Positions 1 to 13,686 of a stretch of 64,000 nt of DNA are shown piece after piece. The notes beneath the pieces are model-generated. The model worked only from the letters and a program-made list of their open reading frames with translations. It was not told where the DNA came from and made no database searches. The stretch comes from Callorhinchus milii. Taxonomy: Eukaryota. The DNA lies in assembly GCF_018977255.1 (NCBI RefSeq), contig NW_024704743.1, forward strand, positions 71,860,001 to 71,924,000, read 5' to 3'. Each line of letters starts with the position of its first letter. The first letter of the stretch is position 1. A program made the translations under genes and the position numbers.

Positions 1-294
1 CATAAGTGCTCCAGCACCAAGTCTCTAAACTGGGTTGGTCTGGGAACTAAACTGGCTGGGAACCAATTGCATCTTGTTTCTGATGAGCCCAAAGTGGCCA
101 TTGTATTTTCATCAGAATAAAAGCAACTGTCACTAGGTCAATGGAGGTGCGAGCAATATTGACCTAACAGTATTGATCACATAACAGTTTGTAGTATGAG
201 ATGATTAATTTTGGCTGAATTCAGTAGATGTTTAGGTAATGAGCCAACATTCTGTATCTTATTTCCTTCCTTTCCCCCTAAAAAAAATCTATAG

Positions 295-411
295 GAGAAG
301 ATGGATCAGGCAAAACTACTTTAATAGCAAAATTACAAGGGGTGGAGGACTACAAGAAAGGGAGAGGAATGGAGTTTTTGTACCTTGATGTTCACGATGA
401 AGACATTGATG
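295..411 (+). CDS. DYNC1LI1: DYNC1LI1 coding exon (human exon 3 equivalent), P-loop
   Basis: atag|GAGAAG...GATG|gtgagt; 117 nt; [39 protein letters not shown]. Confidence 0.95.
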
Positions 412-1423
412 GTGAGTGTTTTAGGAAGATGTGTTCCCACAATGATGGTTTTAGCACATGCTTTGTCCTTTAACAATCTAGCAAACTAAGTTTTATCCTT
501 TAAATTGTTCGTTCATTTATTATCCTCATTTGTATAAAGAAATTTGAGGTACGTTAGATACGAGTTGTTAACAAGAATTGTCATTGGCTTTCTATGCTTT
601 AGGTTGTTTTTGCACCTCAGAAGAATTAGTCAAAATGAGGTAGCTCAAACCAAGTTCAGAGCACAATATGGTCTGCAATACATCTGTTCTATTGATTAAC
701 ATTGCCCTCGATGTGAGGAACTATTGAACTGCAAAATTTGATACTGGCCCATTAGAAGAAAAGTAAAGACAATGATTTCTACATTGTCAGGTAGAGAGAT
801 TGATGAGAAGATTCACAACTACATCTACAATTCCATATTTATTTAGCATCTTTCATGTCGGGAGGACATCTCAAAGAGTTTCACCGAGTAGGAAATCTTA
901 TTTAGAGGTTGCTGTTTGTATTATATTTTTGCTCCATTTGCATCAACATTTAATCTAAATATAAATTGTGATCTAGCACCACGTGGCAGAATCTTGCAGA
1001 TTTATTGGCTTAACATTTCATTGCATTAAACATATATTCCATCCAACATGTGCTGATACTGAGGTAAAATAGACCTTGAAATATAAGGGTGCTTTTTTCT
1101 CTTTTTATAAGTGTTTGTTGCACAAACTTAAAGTTGTATGTGCCTTTGTATTGACTTTAAACAACCTATTGAATTGCAATTGAAGTTGGAAGGTCATCAG
1201 CCTTTGGGATGGATGTAGCTCTTCATTCCTTTTGAGAATATCCTGCAGATGAGCTGTTTTTTTCCCTGCAGTGGATTTGTTTGTGCTCAATCAATTTATA
1301 ACTTTATTAGTAGTAACTAGGCTAAGTTCAAGCACAAAAAGTTTACATATTTGCTCAGAACTTTAGATATAACCTCCAGTGGTGTAGTTTTGCTCATTTC
1401 TTTTATGGATTCTTGTTTTACAG

Positions 1424-1654
1424 ATCACACACGATGCAATGTTTGGATTTTGGATGGTGATACATACCACAAAGGTCTCCTGAAGTTTGCAATTACACCT
1501 GAGAATGTAAAAGACACTCTGCTTATTCTGGTGATGGACATGTCACGACCCTGGATAGCCATGGATTCACTACAGAAGTGGACCAATGTCATTCAAGAGC
1601 ACATTGACAAGCTGAAAATCCCACCAGAAGAAATGAAGGAAATGGAACAAAAAT
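1424..1654 (+). CDS. DYNC1LI1: DYNC1LI1 exon 4 equivalent
   Basis: ttacag|ATCAC...AAAT|gtaagt; 231 nt; [23 protein letters not shown]...[11 protein letters not shown]. Confidence 0.96.
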
Positions 1655-1983
1655 GTAAGTACACGAAATTCAAGGTGGGCTTATAACAAATAAGTGGGTT
1701 TCATTTCAAATTATTCAAACATGTAGACAAAAGATATTTGAATCATGCTTGGATGTAGAATTTCAACTTGTAGACTGCACTACCCAGAGTAATTAAGCAG
1801 AAGTACACACTATTGTAGTATGCCCAAAATAGTGCATGACTGTTTGTAGGACATTGTTTTTTCTCATGTGTAGGTTAAAAGAGGCTGGACACATAACATC
1901 ACTTCCTTCCAATCTCAAGAAGATTGAGTGGTGGTCTAAACCAGCAGTGAGTGTTATGGTGGACTCCACTTGATGACATTCAT

Positions 1984-2355
1984 GTGGAGTCCTGTAGCTT
2001 AGAGGTTAGAGCACTCACTTTGTGAACAAGAGACCTAGGTTCGATTCCCGGCAGGGAGAAACGTTGGGCGAGTTTCCTTACTCCACATGCCTCTTGTTTA
2101 CCTAGCAGTAGGTAGGAACCCGGTTGCTAATTGATTGGCGGATCGCTTTTCCAGGGGTTATAATTCCTTCAAAAAAAAATAATAAATTGGTCACTCAATC
2201 CACCACTGTGTGGGACACTGCTGTGTGCAAATGGTTACCACATTTCGGCCACAAAATATACTGGCAATTTACTTTACACTATATTCTGTGAAGCGCTTTG
2301 AGACGTCTAGAAGACTAATTAAGACTCTATATAAAACGCAAGGATTATTATTATT
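1984..2355 (+). mobile_element. tRNA-derived Deu-domain SINE, long subfamily
   Basis: A/B-box head, extra ~70-nt GTTTACCTAGCAGTA... segment, Deu core TGTGGGACACTGCTGTGTGCAAATGG, L2-like tail plus (TTA)n. Confidence 0.88.
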
Positions 2356-5300
2356 CACTTTGAAGAATTGGCAATCATAGCAAACTCACGTAACTGAAAA
2401 TCCAGCATGTGATCATGTGCATTGCCTAATGAGTAATGCAGAGAATATAACTTATTGTTCATGGGGGCAGCATTTTGCCTTGGGCCAGACAGCAGAGTCA
2501 TGAGCTCCTGAAAGTGAAGCCTTGTGCTCCGTTTATTCTATCTTCTGTTGTGGAACAAACTGGGGGCAATTCTGACTCCTCATGAAGGAGCCTGCAGTAG
2601 ATTAACGACTGCCTTAGTAATATCATTTAAAGATCATTTCACCGTTGGCTGTACAAAAAGAGCAGGAAACAGATATCACTACAAAACAATTCTTTTAACC
2701 AGTAGTTTGAGTTGTTGTACTTGATCATGTCACAGAATAATAGCTTAAACCTATTTTATTCTTGAGAAATAAATTTTGTATTGTACTTAACGTGTTGCTT
2801 TGTAACTTGGTTCTGGATTGGGCCAGGGGCAGAAACTATAACTAAAGTGAATTTTGATCATCATGATCTTACTGGAATGTCCTCCTTTATGACACTTACT
2901 NAAAAAATCTACCAAAGACATAAGATTGTTTTGTTGCAACTTTGCCCTTCCAGCAATAAGAGATCAGCTGTGCAACATCTTGTTTATCCCAGATAATTGT
3001 TCATTGCCGATTAGGTCACTCATTCTGAGGTCAAGCTGGGAGAGCTTTAAATGGAGTAAAGTAACACGCACAAGGTTCTTCTGGATACAAAATCTTTCCC
3101 ATTGCAAGTCAGAAATATATATTTGTCAAAAAATGTCCCATCTGCCTGTTGAGATGGACGTTAAAGATCTCATGGCACTACTCAAAGAGTACGGAGTTTC
3201 TCCCAGTATTCTGGCCAACAATTTCATGGTTGTTTGTACAATATTTTTTGCGTAATTGAGCTGCTGTGTTTGCCTACAAATATACAGTCACTCCACTTCA
3301 TAGTCAAATTCTGTGGAGTGCTTTGAGACATCTTTCCGAAATGAAAAGCGCTATACCAAATGCAAGGATTAGTGTTGTAACAACAACAATTCTGATTTAA
3401 ATAGCCCCCTTCATCTAGGATAACATCTCAGATCAGTTTACAATGGCTGATTTGGACACTAAGCAAGGGGGAGGTGGCCATATGCCCAGTTGAAGAAGTA
3501 GATTTTAAGGTGAGATTTAAAGACCAATTGAAGTGGTGCAAGGTGGAGGGGGTGGAGGGAGGGATTTCCAGTGGTCAGGGGTGTAGTGACAGAAAGCTTA
3601 GCTACCAATGCTGGCATAGAGGGGACTGAGCTAATTGGCAGAGGTTATGCAATAGGCCTGAGTTAAGAACAACAACAATTTACATTTATATAGCGCCCTT
3701 CATGTGAGGCAGCGTCTCAGGGAGCTTAACGGTTAACTGGTGGATGGGGCAAGCGGAGGAGTTGGGTACACTGGTCGGGTGAAGTGTGGCTGTGGAGGGA
3801 ATAACTATCCTGTAGCCATTCTGTATTTACCCAAATATCTGAGTTCTTGTTTGAAGGATTGAATTAACAATATGAACTCTTTTTGCTTTGAATCAGTCCC
3901 ATATATCTAATCTTTCCCTGTGTGCGGGAGGAGGGGGAGATGGTAGGAACTTTATTCTTTTAATCTTTGGACTTCCTTGTCTCTAAACTCTTATCTTTTT
4001 ATTTCTCTACTCACAAACCAAGTTAATTAGGTTGCTTCTATATACATTATGTAGGCCTCTTGACTTTAAAGAAAGGTTTTCTTATTCCTACCCAATGTAT
4101 ATTCCAAGACTGGAAGCAGAGGGACCAGTACAAAGACACTTTATTCATAATGTGTCCACAACTTATTGAAGCTGGCATCTTGTCAAAACAACAAGATTAC
4201 ATTTATATAGCGCCAAAGAAAAACATAGAGCGCAGAGTACAAAAATGAAGGAGGTATTGTTGATCTTGTATAAGGTCTTAGTTAATAGCAGTTTATGATG
4301 TCTAATTCTTTTAGTACTGGTATTTATTTCATATGCCAGCTACTCTCTGTATTGATTGCAGTACTATTTATCTTTACATGTTTTTGTGTTGAGACAGTGG
4401 AATATATTACAAAAAATATAAATTTTGGAGGGTAAGTTTATAAGGCTGTAATTTAATCTCTGGGATTTATATTGCAGTAAGAATTCAAGAACCACTCCAG
4501 CTCTTTAGTTGTGGTTTATGAAGTCCTCTGAAACTGTGGAGCAAAGCCTTAGTAAGTAGGAACCCGGTTGTTGGTCAATTGGTGGATCGCTATTCCAGGG
4601 CTAATAATTCCTTCAAAAAAAATCATAAATTGACCATTTAAACTATGACTGTTTGTGGGACACTGCTGTGTGCATTTGGTTGCCGCGTTTCGCCCAGAAA
4701 ATTTACATTCAATTCACTTTACAGTATATTCTGTGAAGTGCGTTGAGACACCTTGAGGACGTGATAAGGCACTATATCAAATGCAAGGATTATTATAATT
4801 ATTTCTGGTTAACTGTAGAACCATAGAAGTACACAACATGGTGGAGAAGGCCATTCTCCTGCAGATTGAACTCAGAATAGCTCTATTGCCTTGGCGCTCC
4901 CTTCTTCTGCAACCGCTTGTGACTCTGCTTGAAAACACTGGTTCACTTAATGTCCCTATCTGATCTACCTTACAATCATACAGGAAGCTTTTGGCCATTC
5001 TGCCCAACTCTCCAGAACTCCCTCTGTCTTACTCTCTCCCTTGTCTTCAAAACCAGCCCAAAAAACTATTTTTGTTTTGTGGACAACTATTTCTTCTCTC
5101 CCCCACCCCCATCTTGGATTCCAAGTCAGCTATGTGAAGAGCGTTTAGACTTCTTCCCAAACTGACAGGTACTATCGTTTTAAATTTTAATTCAGTTATT
5201 TTTTCTAATTTAGTCTCCACTCCTGCTCCTCTTCATGCCGGGGAGGGCAGTTCCACAGGCGCTGGTTGTTCTCCAGTAACCGGCCAAAATGGCCATCGTT

Positions 5301-6619
5301 CACAAAATTCACAGTCACGTCACATTGCAGAAAAAGCACTTTTAGAGTCCTCCCTACATGAAAGGCAAAGATGACATCAAATTAATGCATAATTAATTAA
5401 CTAATAATAATGGTTGCTTTTGATACTGTGCCTTGTCATGTTATTGAGCCATCTCAAAGCGCTTCACAGAATATATTGTAAAGTATTGACTATTTTGTGG
5501 GCAAAATTTGTTCACAAATTGTTGGTATAACTTGGGTTAACTTGATTCACTTGGTAGCGCTTTCACCTATTGAGTCATGTTGTGAGTTAAAGTCCCAGAT
5601 TGGGACTTTGAGCTCATAATGTAGCTCAAAGTGCACTCCAGTACAATGCTGGCAGATCTCTGCATTATCAGAGGTACCGTCTTTCAGAGGAGTAAATTAA
5701 CAATTTAATTGTAAGTAATCTTTTCCACTTTAAAACGTGTTAAATTATAAATAATTATAACACAGTGAACATTTAATTAAATTTCCTCCCTTAATGAAAA
5801 CCAAGCTGCATATTTTAGGTTACCCTATTAGACAGCAAGTGTAGTATTGTTTTGAAATCTACCTCAACAAATAATAATCCTTGAATTTTATATGGCAGCT
5901 TTCACATTGGTTGGATGTCTCAGATTTACTGGGAAGTGGAGTGACTGTATTGGTAGGTGAACGCGGCAGTCCAATTGCGCATACCAATGTCCCACAAACG
6001 ACCATGACCAATTTTTATTTGGGGGATTGCTGGCTAGTACACTGTAAAAGGAGATTCCAAACCATGACTTGAACTTGTTAACTGGTCATTTTTCAATTCA
6101 TTACAAAAAGAAAAGCCTTGGAAAGCCTGAGGCCTGGTGAGCAAAAATTTAATGGAAAAAGGACAATGGGGGATTAATACTTAATCCATCTAGATTTCAT
6201 TTTGAGCCAAACCAGATTGGCAGATTAATTCTAAAGTAGATAATTGCAATGAATTCTAAAGTGGATAATGGTGGAGTCCACATGGCAGTAGCTGTTCTTG
6301 CTGGGATCGTATTCTATGTATCCATAACTCTGTAAATAGCATCTTTCTAGTTTTGCAGTCATTTGTTTAACCAGATTAAATTAAACAAATCTGCTTACGT
6401 TCAGATTATACAGATACACAGGTGTCGGTCCTGCTCAGTGGAAGTACTCTTAGCTCTGAGTCAGAATCCTGTGGTTCAAATCCCATTCTGGGATTTGGTA
6501 CTCACATAGTCCAGGTTGACACAATAATGTAGTGCTCAGGCTGCACTGTATTTTTGGAGGTGAGACAATAAACCAAGGTCCTATCTAAATATTCCAAATT
6601 GGTGGCAATATAGGCTGGT

Positions 6620-7352
6620 AATACAATCTTAAGGGGGGTGAAAGAACAGAGAGACCTGGGGGTTCAGGTAAATTAATCCTTGAAGGTGGCAGGACAGGTA
6701 GATAAAGGGCATATGGGATATAAATTTATAAATAGGGGCATAGAGTACAAGAGTCAGGAGGTTATGATTAACCTATATAAAACACTGGTTAGGCTTCAGT
6801 TAGATAATTGCGCCCAGTTCTGGGCACCACACTATAGGAAGGATGTTAAGGCACTGGAAAGGGTGCAGAGGAGATTTACGAGGATGGTACCAGGAATGAG
6901 GGACCTTGATTATGAGGAAAGGCTAGAGAGGCTGGGATTATTCTCATTGGAGCAGAGAAGGTTACGAGGAGACCTAATAGAGGTCTTCAAAATCATGAGG
7001 GGATTTGATAGGTTAGAAAGGGAAAAACTGTTTCCACTGGTGGGTGTGTCAGTGACTCGAGGTCACAGATTCAAAATAGTATCTGAAAGAAGCAGAGGGG
7101 AGGTGAGAAGAAATGTTTTCTGGCAGCGAGCTGTTCGAATCTGGAACGCATTGCTTGAAAGGGCGGTCGAGGCCGATTCGATAACTGCTTTTAAAAACGC
7201 AGTGGACGGGTATTTGAGGAGGACGGGTTTGCAGGTTACGGGGAAATGGCTGGGGAGTGGGATTGACATTACATTGCTCTTTTCAAAGAGCCGGCACAGA
7301 CTTGACGGGCCAAATGGCCTCTTTTTCTGCTGTACGATTCTATGATTCTATG
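6620..7352 (+). mobile_element. CR1 LINE 3' fragment
   Basis: LYKTLVR...QFWAPHYRKD..ALERVQRRFTRM...RRLRGDLIEVFKI; ends in (ATTCTATG)n; inserted in an older Deu-SINE. Confidence 0.93.
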
Positions 7353-7845
7353 AGTGTTAAAAATCCCATGACACTATTTGAAAAGAGAAAGGAGTTTCTT
7401 CCAGGGCTCTGGCCAACAGTTCCCCAGGTAAAATTAGTCATTACCTCATGGCTGTTTATGTGCTGTGCTGTGCTGTGCACAAATTAGCTACAGCATTTGC
7501 CTACAAAATACAATGTCACTGCGCTTTACAATAAATCCGGTGAAGCGTTTTGATGAAGTGATAGGACATTATAACAAATGCAAGAATGCTTCTTGTTGTC
7601 TCCGTTCACTCTTTATTGTCCAATTAAATTAAGTCCAACTGCATATCTCTCTTCACAGTTTAAAGCCACAAGGTGTAGAATTGCTGCTTATCTGAACTCT
7701 GAGGTGTAAAATTCTTTTGAAATTATGGTGCCTAAATTAGCAAATCAGACGCGGCATGGACAAGAAGTTACACAGGTTAAAAACCTACAGTAAAAATAAT
7801 GATCCTTGCATTTTAATAATAATAATCTTGTATCAAGTCCTACTT

Positions 7846-8645
7846 AACCAACCGCCACCATTTCTTCTCGGCAAATGGTTTCTCCTCCCACCCCCGCCCG
7901 GTCACCTGTGGGGTACCCCAGGGATCCATCCTTGGCCCCCTTCTTTTCCTCATCTGTATGCTCTCTCTGGGCGATCTCATCTGTAAACTTCCACATGTAT
8001 GTGGATGACACACAAATCTACTTTGCTTCCTCCAGTACCAACTCCAGGTCCACCAATGTTCTATCAGCTTGTCTGGCAGACCTCAGGGCCTGGATAAGTG
8101 TAAACTTCATGCAACTGAATGTGGACAAGACAGAACCCATATTGGAGTTCTGCAGCTCAGTGGTGAGAGCGCTCGCCTGGCAAGCGGGTTTGATTCCCGG
8201 CAGGGTGAAACCTTGGGCAAGTTTCCTCACTCCACACGCCTGATAATAATCCCTCAAGAAAAAAAATAATAATAATTTGGTCACTCAATCCACAACTGTT
8301 TGTGGGACACTGATGTGCGCAATTGGCTGCCACGTGTCGCCCACAAAATATACAGTCAATTCACTTCACAGTGTATTCTGTAAAGTGCTTTGAGACATCT
8401 AGAAGACATGAAAAACGCTATATCAAATGCAAGGATGATTATTATTATTACTCTTTGGCTCCCGTCAACGTCTTCACTCCTGCGGATCCAAACTCCTCAA
8501 CCTCCCCGGGCTCCCCGGGCTCTCCTACAGACTTGCCGGCAATCTAGGTGTCCAGTTCGACTCCCAGCTTTCCTTCCCTCCCACATCCGGTGCCTGACTG
8601 GGACTGCCTTCCTCCACCTCCGCCACATTGCCCACCTCCAGTGCA
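7846..8645 (+). mobile_element. Degenerate L2 fragment interrupted by a SINE (8143-8450)
   Basis: VNFHMYVDDTQIY...NFMQLNVDKTE; resumes after the SINE with ggctcccgtcaacgtc, collinear with the L2 at 45240-45700. Confidence 0.85.
8143..8450 (+). mobile_element. tRNA-derived Deu-SINE, short subfamily
   Basis: Head, Deu core and L2-type tail with (TTA)n. Confidence 0.88.
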
Positions 8646-8870
8646 AGTTGTTGTATTTTATTTTCGTTACGAACAATTTAAAAATGCATCCCAGTGCTAC
8701 ATTCTTCTCATTTATTATCACTTCACGCTAGTTGCTATCCCCGTACCTGCACCCAAACCTTATTCTGTCTTTGCCAATGTAGGTCCATTTATTATGGGCA
8801 CATTGAATCTTTTCCATTTTAATATGTGCAAAATTCAGGGGTCACTAGATAAAATTTTCATCATTTATAT

Positions 8871-9210
8871 AATAATAATAATCCTTGTCTTTGATTAGCG
8901 CTTTTCACGTCAGGAGGACGTCCCAAAGCACTTCACAGAACACACTGTAAAGTGAATTGACTGTATATTTGTGGGCGAACGCGGCAGCCAATTGCGCACA
9001 GCAATGTCCCACAAACAGTCGTGGATTGAAAGTGACCAATTTATTATTGTTTGGTTTTGGAGGGATTATTATTAGGCTCTGTGTGGAGTAAGGAAACTTG
9101 CCCAAGGTTTCGCCCTCTGCCTGGAATTGAACTCAGGTCTCTCACTTGCAAAGCGAGTGCTCTAACCACTGAGTGCGAGTGCTCTAACCACTGAGCTACA
9201 GGACTCCACA
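8871..9210 (-). mobile_element. tRNA-derived Deu-SINE, short young subfamily
   Basis: Reverse complement of 35188-35510; ~21-nt tandem duplication in the head (9154-9195). Confidence 0.92.
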
Positions 9211-9565
9211 GTGAGGATTATAATCGTACACTATAATATTTTGCATCGGGAGGACGCTTCGGGATTTGCTGTAACATATGCAGTGAATGGGTATTTTGTA
9301 ATTGAATGCTGCAGCCAATTTGCACACACCAGTGTCCCACAAACCATTGAAAATGAATGACCAATTTTAACTGGGGGAATTATTGACACGATTAACGAAA
9401 TGGCATTCTGCAATATACATTTCTATTTTTTATATCCCAGGACACTGGGAGAAACTTTCCGAATTATCATATCACCTGAAATCTCTTTTTTTTTCTCTTT
9501 TTACTTTCACGTTTTCTCTTTTTAATACATCTCTTCCGAGTATTTCATTACATTTTAGGCTCTGC

Positions 9566-10014
9566 ACTTTGAAATGTTTCATTTTGTTTGTTATAGTGCC
9601 ACTCAGTGGCAGGAATCCATTGCTACAACTGAATAACAAATTGCAATAGATATTTCAGGGCAATTGTGGAGGAATATAAAAGGTTTGTAGCCCAACTCCC
9701 AAGTCGCAGTACATCTTCTAATATGTTGGAACTCCAGTTTCATACATCTACTGTGTTTTATACCTTGGGTCTGCGTTCACAAGATCACTAGCGATTCAAG
9801 GAGAGTGATTCAGGTGACGAAGATCCTTAGGCCCATTTAATCTGTCCCTACAGTGCTTTCACCACAACATCAAGTTATTTTTTTAAATGAGTTCAACATC
9901 CTTTCAACCACCATTCTTGGTAGTCTGTTTTAATCATTAATTGCCCTTTGGGCCCAGAAGAGACTTTGAAATGTTTCATTTTGTTTGTTATAGTGCCACC
10001 CAGTGGCAGGAATC
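9566..10014 (+). repeat. 52-bp direct repeat pair (9566-9617 and 9963-10014)
   Basis: ACTTTGAAATGTTTC...TAGTGCCAC(T/C)CAGTGGCAGGAATC, one mismatch. Confidence 0.92.
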
Positions 10015-10426
10015 AATAGACCTTGCCATCCTCCTCCCTGGGAAGATAGTGGATAATTGGTCATTTCAGTTGTCATTTCTTCTCATTGTGTGATTAAATA
10101 AAAATTCAGGGAACTTTGTCTGAATATAAGCCATTCAGCTATCCCTGGAATCCAAAGCCCTAACGGGTAAGGTGGTCGTAGCTGGACAAGCAGTGGGAAA
10201 ACTTGCCAACGATATCAGTGGCAAGCATTAGCTGGCTAGACTCGAGCAGCATCCCATCGCACTTTAAGGTCCCCAAGCCTTGGCTGTTCCCAACCTGTGC
10301 CTAATACTTTCTGGAATTAGGTAAGCAGGATGTGTCTCTCCAGGAAGAGATGGTGCATTTCATTCCAATAAACATCTCTGGAATTTCCACGTGTAAGTGG
10401 GATGCATGGAAATCTTAACTTGGTTT

Positions 10427-11392
10427 AAGAACATAAGAATTAGGAGCAGGAGTAGCCCAGTCGGCCCCTCGAGCCTGCCCTGCCATTCGATAAGATCATG
10501 GCTGATCTTCAGACCTAACTCTAATTACCTGCCGTATCCCCATATCCCCTAATCCCTCTATTTTTTAAAAAATCTATCAGTCTCAGCCTTGAAGATGTTC
10601 AAGGACTGAGCACCTACAGCCTTCTGGGGTAGTGAATCCCATAAATTCACTACCCTCTGAGTGAAGAAATGTTTCCTCAACTCTGTTCTAAAAGGCTGAC
10701 CCTTAATTTTAAGACTGTGACCCCTGGTTATAGATTCTCCTACCAGGGGAAACAGACCCTCAGTGTCTACTTTATCAGCTCTTTAAGAATCTTATATGTT
10801 TCAATAAGATCTCCCCTAATTCTTCTGTACTCTAGAGAATATAGCCCTAGTTTATTCAGCCTATCCTCATAGGTCAGTCCCCTCATCCCAGGAACTAACC
10901 GAGTGAATCTACGCTGCACACCCTCTAGGGCAAGTATGTCCTTTTTTAAATAAGGAGACCAAAACTGCACACAATACTCTAGGTGCGGTCTCACCAGGGC
11001 CCTATACAGTTGCAGAAGACTTCCCTACTCTTGTACTCTAAACCTTTTGCAATGAACGCTAACATGCCGTTCGCCTTTTCAGTTGCTTGTTGCACCTGCA
11101 AACTAACTTTTTGAGACTGGTGTACAAGGACACCCAAATCCCTCTGAACACTAACACTATCTAATCTCTTCCCATCTAGAAAATTATCTGTTTTTCTATT
11201 TTTTATACCTAGGTGAATAACTTCACACTTCCCCACATTAAATTCCATCTGCCACCTACTCGCCCACTCCCCTGGCCTATCTATATCCCGTTGCAATCTT
11301 TTTGCATCATCATCAGAGCTTACTCTCCCACCTAGTTTAGTGTCATCCGCGAATTTAGATACGTTACATTCAATGTCCTCATCGAGATCATC
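10427..11392 (-). mobile_element. CR1 LINE 3' fragment
   Basis: Minus-strand ORFs with WQMEFNVGKCEVIH, RDLGV and [31 protein letters not shown] tail; GTTT on both flanks. Confidence 0.93.
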
Positions 11393-11631
11393 GTTTGGAT
11401 ACTCTTAAGCATGGTGATGGGTTTCCACATGTGTCAGACACCTAGCTGACAAAACAAAGCCATTCAATCTGCTGAAACTTGCCCCTCTAGTGCAATAACT
11501 CTTCCACATAGTATCGAACTGTATTCAGAATAATCTAAGACAGTTACACAAATACAGAAGTGATTAATTCAGAATATTAAATGCCATTAATGTCTCAGGT
11601 AATTCAAGCCTAACCTGTTTTGTACCTACAG

Positions 11632-11798
11632 TGGTGAACGACTTTCAGGAATACGAAGAGCCAGGAAAAGAATTACCAGTGTCTCCACAACGAAGAAATA
11701 CACCAAAGGAAACGAGCGAAGAAAGCGTGGTTTTACCGCTGGGTTCAGACACACTTACACATAATCTTGGCATTCCCGTCCTAGTAGTTTGCACAAAG
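11632..11798 (+). CDS. DYNC1LI1: DYNC1LI1 exon 5 equivalent
   Basis: ctacag|TGGTG...ACAAAG|gtttgt; 167 nt; [23 protein letters not shown]...[15 protein letters not shown]. Confidence 0.95.
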
Positions 11799-13158
11799 GT
11801 TTGTGTATGAGTAAATGTTACAATTAGGTAACTTTTATTGTTTACTTGAGCAATTTATTCTGACTAGCAATTTAAAAAAACAAAAAAATTATTTTACGGG
11901 TGTGGATTGTGGTGGGGGGTGGCGGGGGCGAGGGGGAAGAAAAGGAAATTTGAACGTGCAGAATATTTTTAGAAATGTAGGTTTTAAAAGAAGTATTCAT
12001 AACATAGTAGTGAGTATCTCTGCTTTGATTCCCACCCCAAGTTGCAGTGGATCTTTCTGGATAGTACTTTGCAGACCTATTGCTGCTTGTTCTAATCTGA
12101 TTTCTGATGAATGCCATGATAGGTAACCAATTTTGTATTGTGAAGCAAGGTACACGAAGATTACGCAAAGCTGTTGAGCCACGGTGATTGATTGTTCATA
12201 ATGAGAATCCCAAAAAGTCATGATTGCTGTTGCTGAAATGCAAGATAACATTTGGTCCATAATAATTATTAATCCTTGTAAGCAGGCAACTCAGTAATTG
12301 CTCAAAAATATGCTCTGTATACCAAACTTCTTATACTTACACATTTTAATGAATAATCCACTTAATTAGCAAACAATGCGTCCATTTCGCTGAGTTCCAG
12401 TATATGAAGTACTTTTGTTTTGCAAACTTTGGTGTAGTATACCAGCAGGTTGGAAAAGTGAGGAAGAGAAAGCACAGTGGCTGAGTGCCAATGTTACCCT
12501 AAATTTTGGGGGAAAAGTCTAGATTTTTAAGAGAAGGGAGACTGCAAAGTAAGGGGTTCCAGAGTCTTGAGTTCTGGGAGAGTAGTTTCTGGAAGAGACT
12601 GTTATGATTACAGCACAGCAAGGATGCAGGAGAGAGTCAAAGTGTATAGGCTTATACGGGTAGCTTGCAGGAACAAAAGATAAAAGTTTGGAGAACTATA
12701 ATATTGATAAAATAGAGAGAGAATGGAATGATGGTTCTAGATCAGGACAGTGTAGGGCAGGATGCATCCCTCCTGGCAGAGATTGTTGTTATTCGAACAA
12801 ATATCTCTGGAATTTCCATGTATAGGTGGAATGTATGGAACTTGTTTGTTTTGGAAACTCAAGGACGATGGGCTGATCCTTTCAGATCAAACTAGAAATT
12901 TGATTTCCCACAAAACAGAGACGGTTACTGGAGTTTAATTTCTGCAAATGTTTGGCTTTGTCTTGATGCAATTTTTATTTTTAGCCATGATGTAGCTTCA
13001 TCAGTTTGGCTTCGTTGGTAGCACACTGAGTCAGAAGGTTGTGGGTTCAATTTCCACATTGGAACTTTGAACTCAGTTTAGGCTAACGCTCCAATGCATT
13101 GCCGGAGTCCCTGATCTTTGGATGAGATGTTGAATCGAGGTCCTGTCTGCCGGTTCAG

Positions 13159-13686
13159 TGTCAACCTCGTCTCCTTCCTTCCGAAGGGCTTACATGTTCG
13201 ATGCTGAACAACAAATGTACTCAAAATGTAGAGTATTAGAATCAAGGTTTATTTCAAGTAACAAGATCAGGCTACATAAAAGTGACGATAGCATTAGGAT
13301 TCTCTGACTGTTCTGGTCCCTTCAGACTTCCCTCTCGACTGTTCAGCTCCCCTCAACTCCTACATCCTCAGTCTGTTCTGCTCCCTTCAGGCCTACATTC
13401 TCCCAATCATTGCTGGAAAAACCTCTTCCTTATATCCAAAAGTATCCTAGACTTGTTTTTCTACGGAACCCTGAGAACTTCATGATCTGATTCCTACGAG
13501 GCACGAAGTTATCAATGTCGACTTATTGCCAAGGACCTCTTTATCTTTTTCCTTGAGCCTCCGTAACTTCACACATTCCTCTGGGTGCCTTGTTTGAATG
13601 TTATGATCAACAAATGGTTTATTTATTCCACATGGCCTTCTCTGTGTCTACTGTGGTTAACTGTTGCAGTGCCAATACATCTGACA
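13159..13686 (-). mobile_element. Solo LTR (528 bp) with 5-bp TSD
   Basis: Termini TGTCA...TGACA; flanked by TTCAG (13154-13158 and 13687-13691); minus-strand AATAAA at 13248-13253; splits a Deu-SINE that rejoins cleanly. Confidence 0.8.

Noticed and set aside
2901..2901. Single N base
   Set aside because: Assembly ambiguity, not biology.
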